This document shows positions 36,214-44,802 of a stretch of 64,000 nucleotides of DNA, in pieces. A model generated the notes under the pieces. That model had not been told where the DNA came from. It worked only from the letters and a program-made list of their open reading frames with translations, and made no database searches. Origin of the DNA: an uncultured virus (IMG/VR IMGVR_UViG_3300033463_000112) (lineage: Duplodnaviria; Heunggongvirae; Uroviricota; Caudoviricetes). Made by a program: the position numbers and the translations under genes. Each line of letters opens with the position of its first letter. The stretch's first letter is position 1. The stretch lies in the IMG/VR virus record IMGVR_UViG_3300033463_000112. The stretch is one strand, 5' to 3'.

Positions 36214-36729
36214 ATGGAAAAAAAGTTAACCGGACTAAATAACCGGGTTTTGTCCCGGCGCGAGGAGGCGGCAATGTATTTGCACGTTTTCGGCGGGGTT
36301 GATGATTGGGCCCTGCTTTATAGAATTGCTCACCCGGGCGAATTTGAGCGGGACCCGGCAAAATCGGAAGGGGCGATGGTATCCACGTGGAAAAATAGCA
36401 CGAAAATAACCCGCTGCTGCGAGCGTATCAGGGCGCAATTTCAGGACCATATCAGCGACGAAATAAACGCCGTAAAAGATACGATTTTTGCCGGGGCTGA
36501 TGATGATATGAAGGCGGGAAGCGTGGATTATACTAAACCCGAAAACCAAAAAAGGAAATTAAACGCTATCATTGCGGGTGCAACGGACCCGGGCGAGGCC
36601 CTCGATGCGCTCAAAGTGATAATATCAGGGCAGCGGGCTGATTCTCAGGCCGCAAAGGAAGGGCGGCAGGTACGGGCTTATTTGCCGCTATTGTGCTATC
36701 AATGCCCGCTCTACAAAGAAAAACGTTAA
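36214..36729 (+). CDS. hypothetical protein (possible terminase small subunit)
   Basis: 171-aa helical protein with its own promoter, next to a G-tract/T-tract region; function inferred from context only. Confidence 0.45.
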   Translation: MEKKLTGLNNRVLSRREEAAMYLHVFGGVDDWALLYRIAHPGEFERDPAKSEGAMVSTWKNSTKITRCCERIRAQFQDHISDEINAVKDTIFAGADDDMKAGSVDYTKPENQKRKLNAIIAGATDPGEALDALKVIISGQRADSQAAKEGRQVRAYLPLLCYQCPLYKEKR

Positions 36730-36919
36730 AATATACGCTATATTGTTACGTTTTCGGGGCTCAAAATCAAGCATTTACGGCCGCGAGGAGGGCGCTCGCT
36801 GAAAGGGCCCCCGGGAGGGGGAAATCGGGGGCCGCAGGGGGCCCGGGGGTATAGCCAGAAATTTATTTTTCAAATTTTTTTTCGTCTTTCACAGGCCCCT
36901 ATCTGAGCCCTGTCTGGCT

Positions 36920-37271
36920 AAATGTAACAACTTTGTTACGCACTTGGGCAACGTTTTGGCGCAAGCTCGGTGTAACTTGTTGTAAGTTTTCGTCGAAAAA
37001 ATCAAAAAGTTGCAATAAAAATCGGCCTTCCAGCGTGTTGTAGTGGCGAAATTGTAAGTTTGTAACTTTTTATCTATACTTCCTGCGAAATAGAACAAAT
37101 ATAAATACACGCAAAAGAGTACTCCAAAACTTACAAAGTTACAATATCGGCCTCTCAGTGCGTTCTGCGGCCGTTTTTCGTTGTAACTTCTGCAAAAAAA
37201 GTTGCAAAAAAGTTGCAAAAGCTGATTTTGAGGGGCTCTGGGGCGTTTGTGGGCTTGCGCAACGTTTTGGC
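36920..37271. repeat. iteron-like repeat cluster (putative replication origin)
   Basis: Multiple TGTAA(C/G)TT units in both orientations; near-perfect inverted pair at 37052-37069 and 37127-37144; GCAACGTTTTGGC direct repeat at 36948 and 37259. Confidence 0.6.
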
Positions 37272-37333
37272 ACAAAGAAAGCCGCCCGTGGCTTGTTAAA
37301 GTCTGGCGGCTGGGGTGTGTTTGTTGGCCCGGG

Positions 37334-37642
37334 CTATTTTTTGAGCTCGGCTTTGGCGAGGAGTCTGAGTTCGGCTCCGCATGAGGGGCAGACCAGCGTT
37401 GTAATGGTCTGCCGGTTGGCGGTCGGGACTGCCTCCAGTTCGCTTAGGGGAATTTCGGAAAGGAGGGCTGCCGGGGTGGTGTTCAGCGCGTCGGCTATTT
37501 TATAGAGGGTCGGCAGGTTGATGCGCCCCGTCAGGTAGTGCTGTATGCTCTGTTTGGTAAGCCCGAGCTTATTGGCTACGTCCACTTGGCTCATGCCGCG
37601 CTTTTTCAGGACGTACAGGAAATTTTCTCTGAAGTTCTGCAT
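37334..37642 (-). CDS. XRE-family HTH regulator with C-terminal CxxC
   Basis: KKRGMSQVDVANKLGLTKQSI...TLYKIADALN; CPSCG. Confidence 0.85.
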   Translation of the reverse strand: MQNFRENFLYVLKKRGMSQVDVANKLGLTKQSIQHYLTGRINLPTLYKIADALNTTPAALLSEIPLSELEAVPTANRQTITTLVCPSCGAELRLLAKAELKK

Positions 37643-37781
37643 AAAAGTAAACTTTTCCGCAAAAGTAAAGCGTATTTTTTACTCTTGCAAGTCTTTTCGG
37701 ATTTTTCCGCGAGATTTTCCGCGCAATTTCTGTCAATAATTCTTGACTTTCATTGATTTTTGATTTATTTTTGCGCTCACT

Positions 37782-38048
37782 ATGAGAGAAAAGGATTTTT
37801 CCAGCCTGTCAATGAAACTACCGACTCGCTATGTGGCTCTTGGTGGGACGCTGACTCGCTACGGCCACAAGTTAATCTGCGTCAAACGTCCTCCGGCAAA
37901 GGACCTACTCCCCTGCGAGGCTTGTCGTGGGTGCTGGTTCTCAAAGGCCCGCACAAAAGACTATGTTATGAACTGCGCCGATATTCAGTGCTCTAAGTGG
38001 GACCGAATGGACGGGCGCAACGTTTGGTTTGAGCTTGCTTCTGAGTAG
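37782..38048 (+). CDS. Cys-rich hypothetical protein
   Basis: C.GCWF...C...CS..DR.DG.NV.F; TATTTTTG promoter element at 37766. Confidence 0.65.
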   Translation: MREKDFSSLSMKLPTRYVALGGTLTRYGHKLICVKRPPAKDLLPCEACRGCWFSKARTKDYVMNCADIQCSKWDRMDGRNVWFELASE

Positions 38049-38051
38049 CGT

Positions 38052-39377
38052 TTGACTATTACCCTTCATAATGAGCTTTCGGGGCTTATTACCCCTATGA
38101 TTGACCGCGTGCGCGAGATACGGGATATTCGGCACGGGCGGGACCGTCAGGACTCGCTGGCGGTACTGGAGCGCGACCTTATCCGCAAGTCCTCCCTTTG
38201 CTATATCCGTGGGGATATGCACTACTTCAACGGCCGGGTGTACTCGCTGATTAGCCCTATCACCGTGCGCGACACGCTCTTTAACATAATGATTGATGCC
38301 GGGGCCCCGCCTATGGACGTTCGCAAGGTCGGCGACCTCCCGCTCTCGGTGCTGGCCGAGAAAGAATATCGCCGGGCGAATTTCCTTGCGTTCTCGAACG
38401 GGGTTCTGGACCTTGATACGCTGTACTTCCATGATGGGTTTTCTTCGGAAACGCGCGTAACAGAGTACGTGCCCTATGGGTATAACCCGCAGGCCGTGTG
38501 CCCGGCGTGGGAGGCGTTCTTAGCCGAGGTGCTCCCGGACCCGGATATGCGTAACGTCCTGCAGGAGTTCTTTGGCATGGTCTATCTGGACCGGGAGCAC
38601 TTTTCTGTGGAAAAGTTCGCAATCTTCGTCGGAAAGGGGGCCAACGGCAAGTCGGTTATCTTTGAAGTGATGAAACGGGCGCTCGGGCCGGAACAGGTGA
38701 CAACCCTTGACTCGGCACAGCTTACTGACGAAAAGATGCTCCCCTACGTGAAAGGGGCCCGGCTGAACTTCTCCCCGGACATGGCCCGGCAGAAAGACTT
38801 TACCTCGTCACTAAAGGCCCTTGCTTCCGGTCAGGACGTTACCGGCCGAAAGATTTACGGGGACGCGGAGAAAATCAAATGCCCCCCGCTCTGCTTTGCT
38901 ATGAATGAGCTCCCGGCGTTCAAGGACGGGACGGACGCTTTCTTTAGGCGCTTACTCCTGTTCTCGTTTGAGGTCCAGATACCGCCGCACCGGCAGGACA
39001 AACGGCTCGCCGAGCGTATCTGCAAGACGGACCTCCCGGGCATCTTCAACTGGATAATTCAGGGGCGTTTCAGGCTGATTCGTAACTCCGGGGAGTTTTC
39101 CTTCTGTGAGAAAATGGATACGGACCTGACGCTGATTAAAGGCCGAGTCCAGTCGGGAACCGATTACCCGGTGCGGGCTTTTCTGGAGGGGCGTGGCCTG
39201 TCGGTCTATCCTTCCTACGAAGGCCAGCCTACCGTGCTGATTTCGCGCGACGAAATCTTTAACGGGCTTGGTGGGCGCGTTTCCACGCACGCTATCACCC
39301 GCGAGCTTGTGAACTTTGGCGTACAGACGTACCGGAGCAAAGAAATGAGATACAAGGTTTATGAGAAAGTACGCTAA
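38052..39377 (+). CDS. D5/P4-type SF3 helicase (phage/plasmid primase P4 family C-terminal domain)
   Basis: FSNGVLDL, CPAWEAFL, Walker A GKGANGKS, FAMNELP and FFRRLLLF motifs. Confidence 0.88.
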   Translation: MTITLHNELSGLITPMIDRVREIRDIRHGRDRQDSLAVLERDLIRKSSLCYIRGDMHYFNGRVYSLISPITVRDTLFNIMIDAGAPPMDVRKVGDLPLSVLAEKEYRRANFLAFSNGVLDLDTLYFHDGFSSETRVTEYVPYGYNPQAVCPAWEAFLAEVLPDPDMRNVLQEFFGMVYLDREHFSVEKFAIFVGKGANGKSVIFEVMKRALGPEQVTTLDSAQLTDEKMLPYVKGARLNFSPDMARQKDFTSSLKALASGQDVTGRKIYGDAEKIKCPPLCFAMNELPAFKDGTDAFFRRLLLFSFEVQIPPHRQDKRLAERICKTDLPGIFNWIIQGRFRLIRNSGEFSFCEKMDTDLTLIKGRVQSGTDYPVRAFLEGRGLSVYPSYEGQPTVLISRDEIFNGLGGRVSTHAITRELVNFGVQTYRSKEMRYKVYEKVR

Positions 39378-39573
39378 TATGCCTCTCAAACAGCTTGTCG
39401 CTCTCTGGGAGGAACGCCGGGCCGAGGTAGCCCGCCGGGCTAAGGCCGGGGAATCGACCTACGGGCTCGCCTGTGAGCTTTACGATATGCGCCGTGAGAT
39501 TGAAAGGCGAAAAGGAAACGGCGACAACCCCACGTGCGACGTGGACTTTTGCAAAAACTATTTGACTGACTAA
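39361..39573 (+). CDS. hypothetical protein
   Basis: Packed ORF. Confidence 0.5.
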   Translation: MRKYANMPLKQLVALWEERRAEVARRAKAGESTYGLACELYDMRREIERRKGNGDNPTCDVDFCKNYLTD

Positions 39574-39577
39574 AGAT

Positions 39578-39784
39578 ATGGATATTAACAAGGCTCAGGA
39601 AATTGCGATACTGGTAGCACAGCGCAACTCCTACGAACAGGCCGCAAAGGACTTTCAGGCGGCCTACAACAAGTGCCCGGACGGCACTACCGAGGTGACG
39701 GTCCCCCGCAAGTGGCTTCCGGTCCTCAAACAGCTTGCAGAAGGCGAAATGAACCTGCTTGACGCACAACTGACTAAATTATAA
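39578..39784 (+). CDS. hypothetical protein
   Basis: Packed ORF. Confidence 0.6.
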   Translation: MDINKAQEIAILVAQRNSYEQAAKDFQAAYNKCPDGTTEVTVPRKWLPVLKQLAEGEMNLLDAQLTKL

Positions 39785-39795
39785 TCTTTCTAAAT

Positions 39796-40074
39796 ATGGC
39801 AAGAAAAAAGCAAACCCTCCAGATTCCCGAAACGTACACTGTTAGGCGTTACGGAGCTATCCTGAATGAACGACCTGCGGGCATGGACTTTGAAGAGTAC
39901 AAAGACCTTCGCCGCAAGCAGACTAAGCACCTTAAGGCCCGCCTCTCCGGCTTTATGGTGTGGAGGTCTAAAGCAATGGTCGCTACTGAGAAAGACGGAA
40001 CCCTGAAGCCGCTTGGCGAAAGCTGGGGAACCGCCACCCGTTCTATGATTCCTCGTTTGGTCTTTATCGGTTAG
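39796..40074 (+). CDS. basic hypothetical protein
   Basis: Packed ORF. Confidence 0.6.
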   Translation: MARKKQTLQIPETYTVRRYGAILNERPAGMDFEEYKDLRRKQTKHLKARLSGFMVWRSKAMVATEKDGTLKPLGESWGTATRSMIPRLVFIG

Positions 40075-40078
40075 AGCT

Positions 40079-40507
40079 ATGAAAGTAACGAAAGAGGGCA
40101 AGGTAAAGCTCGAACGCGACGAAACCCGCGTAGGAAACTTCTTTTTTAAGCTGGAGCCCGAGCATATAAAGGTTCAAGACCTTAACAGTCTTATGACCTT
40201 CCGTGTGGGCCGCCGCATGGCAATCGGCATCTGGCTTGAAAACACTCTCAAACTCAAAGAAGAAGGCCACGAAACGCTCCGCGTCTATGCCTCCGCTATC
40301 TGGACTTTCCTTTGCATGGTCCCCGACAACGAGGCTATCAAGGGCGTTGTGGACCTGACTAAAGCGGCCATTGAGCGCCACCCTGACTGGTACGGCTACA
40401 AGCCGTCTGACGACGACAAGGAAAACGCCGAGGCCGCTCAGGAGGTAAAGGAAATGGCCGAATTTGAGGAGTCTGTTAAGGCTGAAATGAACAAAAAAGA
40501 GGAGTAA
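40079..40507 (+). CDS. hypothetical protein
   Basis: Packed ORF. Confidence 0.7.
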   Translation: MKVTKEGKVKLERDETRVGNFFFKLEPEHIKVQDLNSLMTFRVGRRMAIGIWLENTLKLKEEGHETLRVYASAIWTFLCMVPDNEAIKGVVDLTKAAIERHPDWYGYKPSDDDKENAEAAQEVKEMAEFEESVKAEMNKKEE

Positions 40508-40509
40508 CC

Positions 40510-41400
40510 ATGATTACTGAATTTTCCCCTATCCCGGAAGGATTCTTTGGCGAAAACGGCCTTACGGCCACTTCTGCGAACCATATCGCAAACCTCCTGA
40601 AGCTCAGGTATGAAACAATCGAGAATGAGCTCGATTCGCTGAATTTCGTAACTGAGAAAATGTCTATCGTGGGTTCTGAGGTTGAGAACCTTATGCGCTC
40701 CGCCCGCGTGATTCCGCTCGAGGATATTCGCGTGAAGCTGGACGAAGTGGCCCGGTGCAAGGGCTTTATCGCGTTCCTCCGCGAGGCTATCAAGTGCAAG
40801 TCTGAGCTTGCGCAGGAAATTGAGGACTTCCAGAGCCCGATTCCCGCCGCTCCGCTTGCGCCAATTCCCGAACGTCCCGTTTCCGAACAGGCCGTCATTG
40901 CCGGGTGGTCCGTTGGCGAACGGGTCAAGTTTCTTGCAACCGAGGCCCGGGCCGCTACCTACGGCAAGTATATCCACCCCGGCGGCGTGCTTGACAAGGC
41001 ACGCGACCGCGCTTACGAGGCTTTCATGGAGCCGACTAAGGTTGCAATGGCTGGCCGTGATACGGCCTTCATTAAGCGCGAAACGGCGGTATCTACGGCC
41101 GAAATCGACGCTGTGATGATGAGCCTTCAGGCCGAGCACAGGCGTTCCGAGGCTGAGCTTAACGGCTACAAGCACGACGTTGAATACAAGGTACAGGCCG
41201 ACGCGCAGCGCAAGCTGGACGAGTACCGTGAAAAGAAACAGGCCCACGAAAAGGCCGTGGCCGAACACGAGCGCCAGTGTGACGCTATCGCGCTGGCAGA
41301 CAAACAGGCCAGACTGGACCGCCGCAAGCTCATTGAAGAGCTCAAAATCATTATCCCGAACCAGTATCGGGACCTGTATAACGCTGTGAATAACGGGTAG
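40510..41400 (+). CDS. coiled-coil hypothetical protein
   Basis: 296 aa; GLTATSANHIANL, AFLREAIK and YGKYIHPGG segments. Confidence 0.75.
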   Translation: MITEFSPIPEGFFGENGLTATSANHIANLLKLRYETIENELDSLNFVTEKMSIVGSEVENLMRSARVIPLEDIRVKLDEVARCKGFIAFLREAIKCKSELAQEIEDFQSPIPAAPLAPIPERPVSEQAVIAGWSVGERVKFLATEARAATYGKYIHPGGVLDKARDRAYEAFMEPTKVAMAGRDTAFIKRETAVSTAEIDAVMMSLQAEHRRSEAELNGYKHDVEYKVQADAQRKLDEYREKKQAHEKAVAEHERQCDAIALADKQARLDRRKLIEELKIIIPNQYRDLYNAVNNG

Positions 41401-41680
41401 CCGTATGGCCCGGGGCCAGTCCCCGGACTACGGCGCACGGGTATAGTGTAAGCAAAATATGTGACTTAAAACCAATCGTGGGGGCGCGTCACTGCCCACA
41501 GCTAAAATCAAGTGCAATGGTAGCACACGGGTATTTGGAACCTGCGTAGCCGTTCGATTCGGCAAAATGGCTCCAGTGCCGAAAAGTCAGTTTTTCTGCC
41601 TTTGTCCTCGCCCTTGTTGGCACTGGAGGTCCTCGCCTTCGCCATTGCCCTTACCTTAGTGGCTTACACTATATCCCGGC
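41398..41680 (+). ncRNA. candidate structured ncRNA with embedded tRNA-like domain
   Basis: 12-bp closing stem 41442-41453/41662-41673; D, anticodon and T arms at 41512-41564; 10-bp stem 41571-41580/41619-41628. Confidence 0.55.
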
Positions 41681-42144
41681 TCGTTTTAATATAACAAAAT
41701 TGTTTCATAGATGAACATTAAAGACTGGCAGAACCGCTTTGCGGAACTGGCCGCAGAGTGCCAGAAAGATTGCTGCGCTCGCATCGAGAGCGTCACGGTC
41801 AGGAATTGGGACGATTCGGGCACTACCCCGGTATGCGACAAGGCGTATTTCAAAGTAGAAATCGACTTCAGATGATACTTCCACCGATGCCAAACGCCGA
41901 GGCCACTGAGAGCCTCCGTAAGCTCATGGCCGCCAATCCGGACCTTACCGTTGCCGACGTGGAACGAAACCCGGAAACTGGCCTGTATGAGCTAAAAAAG
42001 CCTCCCGTTTCCGAGAGGCCAAATCTTTGAGTTATTCGACAACATCACGTCGTCTTTGCCGCAAAGGTGCGAAATTTTCACTTTATTTGCAAAATTCGCT
42101 AAAAAATAGGCGTTTTTGGCAAATAAAATCCGTTATTTCTTGAA

Positions 42145-42549
42145 TTAGATAGGCTCAGTGGCCCTTTTCACCTCCCTAATCGGGATTCCGTGGAAAAAGA
42201 GCATCATCTTCCGCTTAAGCGGGTACTTGTCGTCGTGAAAGCCTTTCGTATCCTCAACGACCAACTGGCCGTCGGCCTTCTCATACACGTAGTCCGCAAT
42301 ATAACACACCTTGCGCTCGGCGACTCTCTGGACGGCTTTAACACGGCCGTACTTTAATTTCTTCAATTCCGTGCGATATTGGGTAGGGAGTAGTTGGTAT
42401 TCAACCTGACGGCGAAGATTGAAAATTTCGCCGTTTTTGGCCGCTTCCTGCAGGAATAGCCACCGGTGGTACTCCACCTTTGACGCAAACTCGCCTTCGG
42501 CCGTTACGACCTTCTTGTTTCCGTATTTCGGTCTTGCTCCAAAAGTCAT
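42145..42549 (-). CDS. DUF1064-family endonuclease-like protein
   Basis: KYGNKK, F.SK.E, LRRQV.Y.L, YIADYVY and VVEDTKG motifs. Confidence 0.85.
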   Translation of the reverse strand: MTFGARPKYGNKKVVTAEGEFASKVEYHRWLFLQEAAKNGEIFNLRRQVEYQLLPTQYRTELKKLKYGRVKAVQRVAERKVCYIADYVYEKADGQLVVEDTKGFHDDKYPLKRKMMLFFHGIPIREVKRATEPI

Positions 42550-42551
42550 GG

Positions 42552-43283
42552 TTAGTCCTCCTCAAAATGATACTCCGGCCAGCACATACAGTTCGGGTGC
42601 GGCCGGTCGATTGGAACGGTAATCGGGATTTTGTGATTGCACATTTCGTCGCACGTAGGGCAATCAAAACTGGACCCACGACGCATAATGTAGTACAGCG
42701 CCCCCTGCGCCTGAGCGTCCACCCATTCAGCGTAGCGGACCGCATCTATAATCAGGTCCCAGCCGATACGCTGGAGCCGGGAGTAGATATTGAACCCGTA
42801 ACCGCGCCCCCAGACAAGCGACCTTCCAGCCTCGCGCCAGAGCGGATTTAGGAACGGGTAATTGGCGTACCGGGAGGCAACTATGCGGATATAGCTTGCC
42901 GTGTAGTCTTTCTGGCGGCCGAGCGTTATCCAGACAGCCAGTAGCTCCAGAAGGTGCGACCCGGCCATATCAAAGCGGGCCAGATAGTCGCGCCCGTTAA
43001 CGGCGCTCTCATAGGCTATTTCCTCGTCGGCATAGTCCAGCGAGTCGCCAATCACCCCAGCAATGACGCGCCGAACGTCTTTCAAGCAGTTGTCAGTAAG
43101 CTCCCGGCAAAGGCGCAGCGCCTCCGCGTAAAGCTCAGGCTCTGTATCCCATGCGAAATCACCCTCGCTTTTTGGGTATTTCCAAGCAAGGGCAACAAGA
43201 GCCGCTACGGTCTGGTCGTACCGGCTCTTAGCGTCCCGGCCAAATTCCTGTTTAGCCGTGTTAATCCTGTTTGTACTAAGCAT
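42552..43283 (-). CDS. head morphogenesis / minor capsid (MuF-like) protein
   Basis: C-terminal CPTC...PHPNCMC; next to the portal. Confidence 0.65.
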   Translation of the reverse strand: MLSTNRINTAKQEFGRDAKSRYDQTVAALVALAWKYPKSEGDFAWDTEPELYAEALRLCRELTDNCLKDVRRVIAGVIGDSLDYADEEIAYESAVNGRDYLARFDMAGSHLLELLAVWITLGRQKDYTASYIRIVASRYANYPFLNPLWREAGRSLVWGRGYGFNIYSRLQRIGWDLIIDAVRYAEWVDAQAQGALYYIMRRGSSFDCPTCDEMCNHKIPITVPIDRPHPNCMCWPEYHFEED

Positions 43284-44778
43284 TAGCGCGGCTTTCGTTT
43301 ACAGGGTTGTTTGGCTGCGTCCGAGTTGCCTGTGCCTGAGCGGCCGCTTCGTCGTTGGCCTCCTGAAGCAGACGGTTGATTTCGTCCGGCGAGGAATAGC
43401 CAATGCTGTAAGCGATTTCCGTTGCGGTCTTTTTCGACATACAGCCAATCGCCACAAGCTGTTGCAGGGCCGAAATAACGTCGTTTTCGCTCAGGAAAAT
43501 GAACGGGTCCAGATAGGACTTAACTTTGAATCCTGCGGCCTCGCTGGCCCTGTTCTCAGACATGAAGTAAGCGTATTTGAACAGGTCGGTAACGCCGTTC
43601 AGGAACTGCTGGTACTCCATAGAATCGGAGAGGGCCTTCAGGTAGGAATCAGCAAAGAGCATTTTCACGGTGCGGGAGCTCATATCTGCGCCAGACTTGA
43701 TTTCCGGCGTTTCGACGGCAAAGGAACCGCGCATAATGTTCTTTTCCATGATTTCAAGCTGTTTGGCAAAAGCTCCGTCAGCGCCTTGTGCGGGCTCGAG
43801 GAATCCCACTTTGGCGTTCGGGTCCACGGAGTCAATTCGGTTCGGGGTTCCGTCGGTATTCGTAAGCACCTCCATATCGCCGCCGAGCGTGTAAAGAATC
43901 CTCAGTGCATAGGCTGCGTTGTTTTCGCTGAACTGAGAAATGCCAATTTCGTAGCCGTCGCAAAGGCCCTGCGAGGGGGTCCAGACCGGGCCGTTATCGC
44001 GCCGGTGGTATTCGACCGGGATACGCGGGAAACCGTGGGGCTTAGGCTTATCTTCCATTACCCAGCCCTCGTTATCATCGGCTTTGCGGTAGGTCACAAA
44101 AGCCTTGTTGTCGATAACGTCCAGATATTCGCGCGTGTTGCCGTCCCAATCCTCCTGTGTGTAAAGGCGGCCCAGAAGGGCCAGCTTTCCGGTTAGGGAA
44201 TCGTAGTGCGGGTAAAGCGTGTCGCCGTATTCGTAAGAGAAAATGCGCCATGCGGGCTTGCTGTTATCCATGAAGATATAAACAGCAATATCGGCCAGCT
44301 TAAAGTCTTTCTCGATAGCATCATTGATTGCCACTTCCATATCGTACTCTTCCCAGCCCTCGCGGAAGAAGGCCAGCGTGTCGAGCATCTTCTGGTTAGT
44401 CCCGCCGGAAATCAGTCGCATACCGACGTTATTTCCCAGCAGGGCCTCCTTGCGCTTTACAAGGATTCGCTCCTGAAAGCCTACGGCAATACGCGAACGG
44501 ACTTTGGCCTGATAGGAGCCGTTTTCCTTATTCACGTACAGCGTGTTCGGATAGTACTTCAGGTGGTTAATCTTGTGGGAGGACGGGTAGAACTCCCGGT
44601 AAAAGTCGGCCTGCGTGCGTAGCTCAAACTGAACGTTTGTCAGGTTGACTACGTGCGGCTGGTGCGGGTTGATAATAGGCGCTTGCCCGATTACCCCGGG
44701 GGGAATAGGCACAGAAAAAGGCTTTTTCCGGAGGATTTGCTCCGGGGTCATTGCCTCTATGGAAGGCGTAAGTCGCAT
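43276..44778 (-). CDS. portal protein (SPP1-like)
   Basis: 500 aa following the terminase; KPHGFPRIPV and ETPEIKSGADMS..TVKMLF segments. Confidence 0.8.
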   Translation of the reverse strand: MRLTPSIEAMTPEQILRKKPFSVPIPPGVIGQAPIINPHQPHVVNLTNVQFELRTQADFYREFYPSSHKINHLKYYPNTLYVNKENGSYQAKVRSRIAVGFQERILVKRKEALLGNNVGMRLISGGTNQKMLDTLAFFREGWEEYDMEVAINDAIEKDFKLADIAVYIFMDNSKPAWRIFSYEYGDTLYPHYDSLTGKLALLGRLYTQEDWDGNTREYLDVIDNKAFVTYRKADDNEGWVMEDKPKPHGFPRIPVEYHRRDNGPVWTPSQGLCDGYEIGISQFSENNAAYALRILYTLGGDMEVLTNTDGTPNRIDSVDPNAKVGFLEPAQGADGAFAKQLEIMEKNIMRGSFAVETPEIKSGADMSSRTVKMLFADSYLKALSDSMEYQQFLNGVTDLFKYAYFMSENRASEAAGFKVKSYLDPFIFLSENDVISALQQLVAIGCMSKKTATEIAYSIGYSSPDEINRLLQEANDEAAAQAQATRTQPNNPVNESRANA

Positions 44779-44802
44779 GGCAGTAAATATTTAAAGTTCA
44801 CT

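Noticed and set aside
41500..41575. Functional tRNA-Gln(TTG)
   Set aside because: The acceptor stem pairs over only about 4-5 bp and position 8 is not T. Reported instead as part of a candidate ncRNA.
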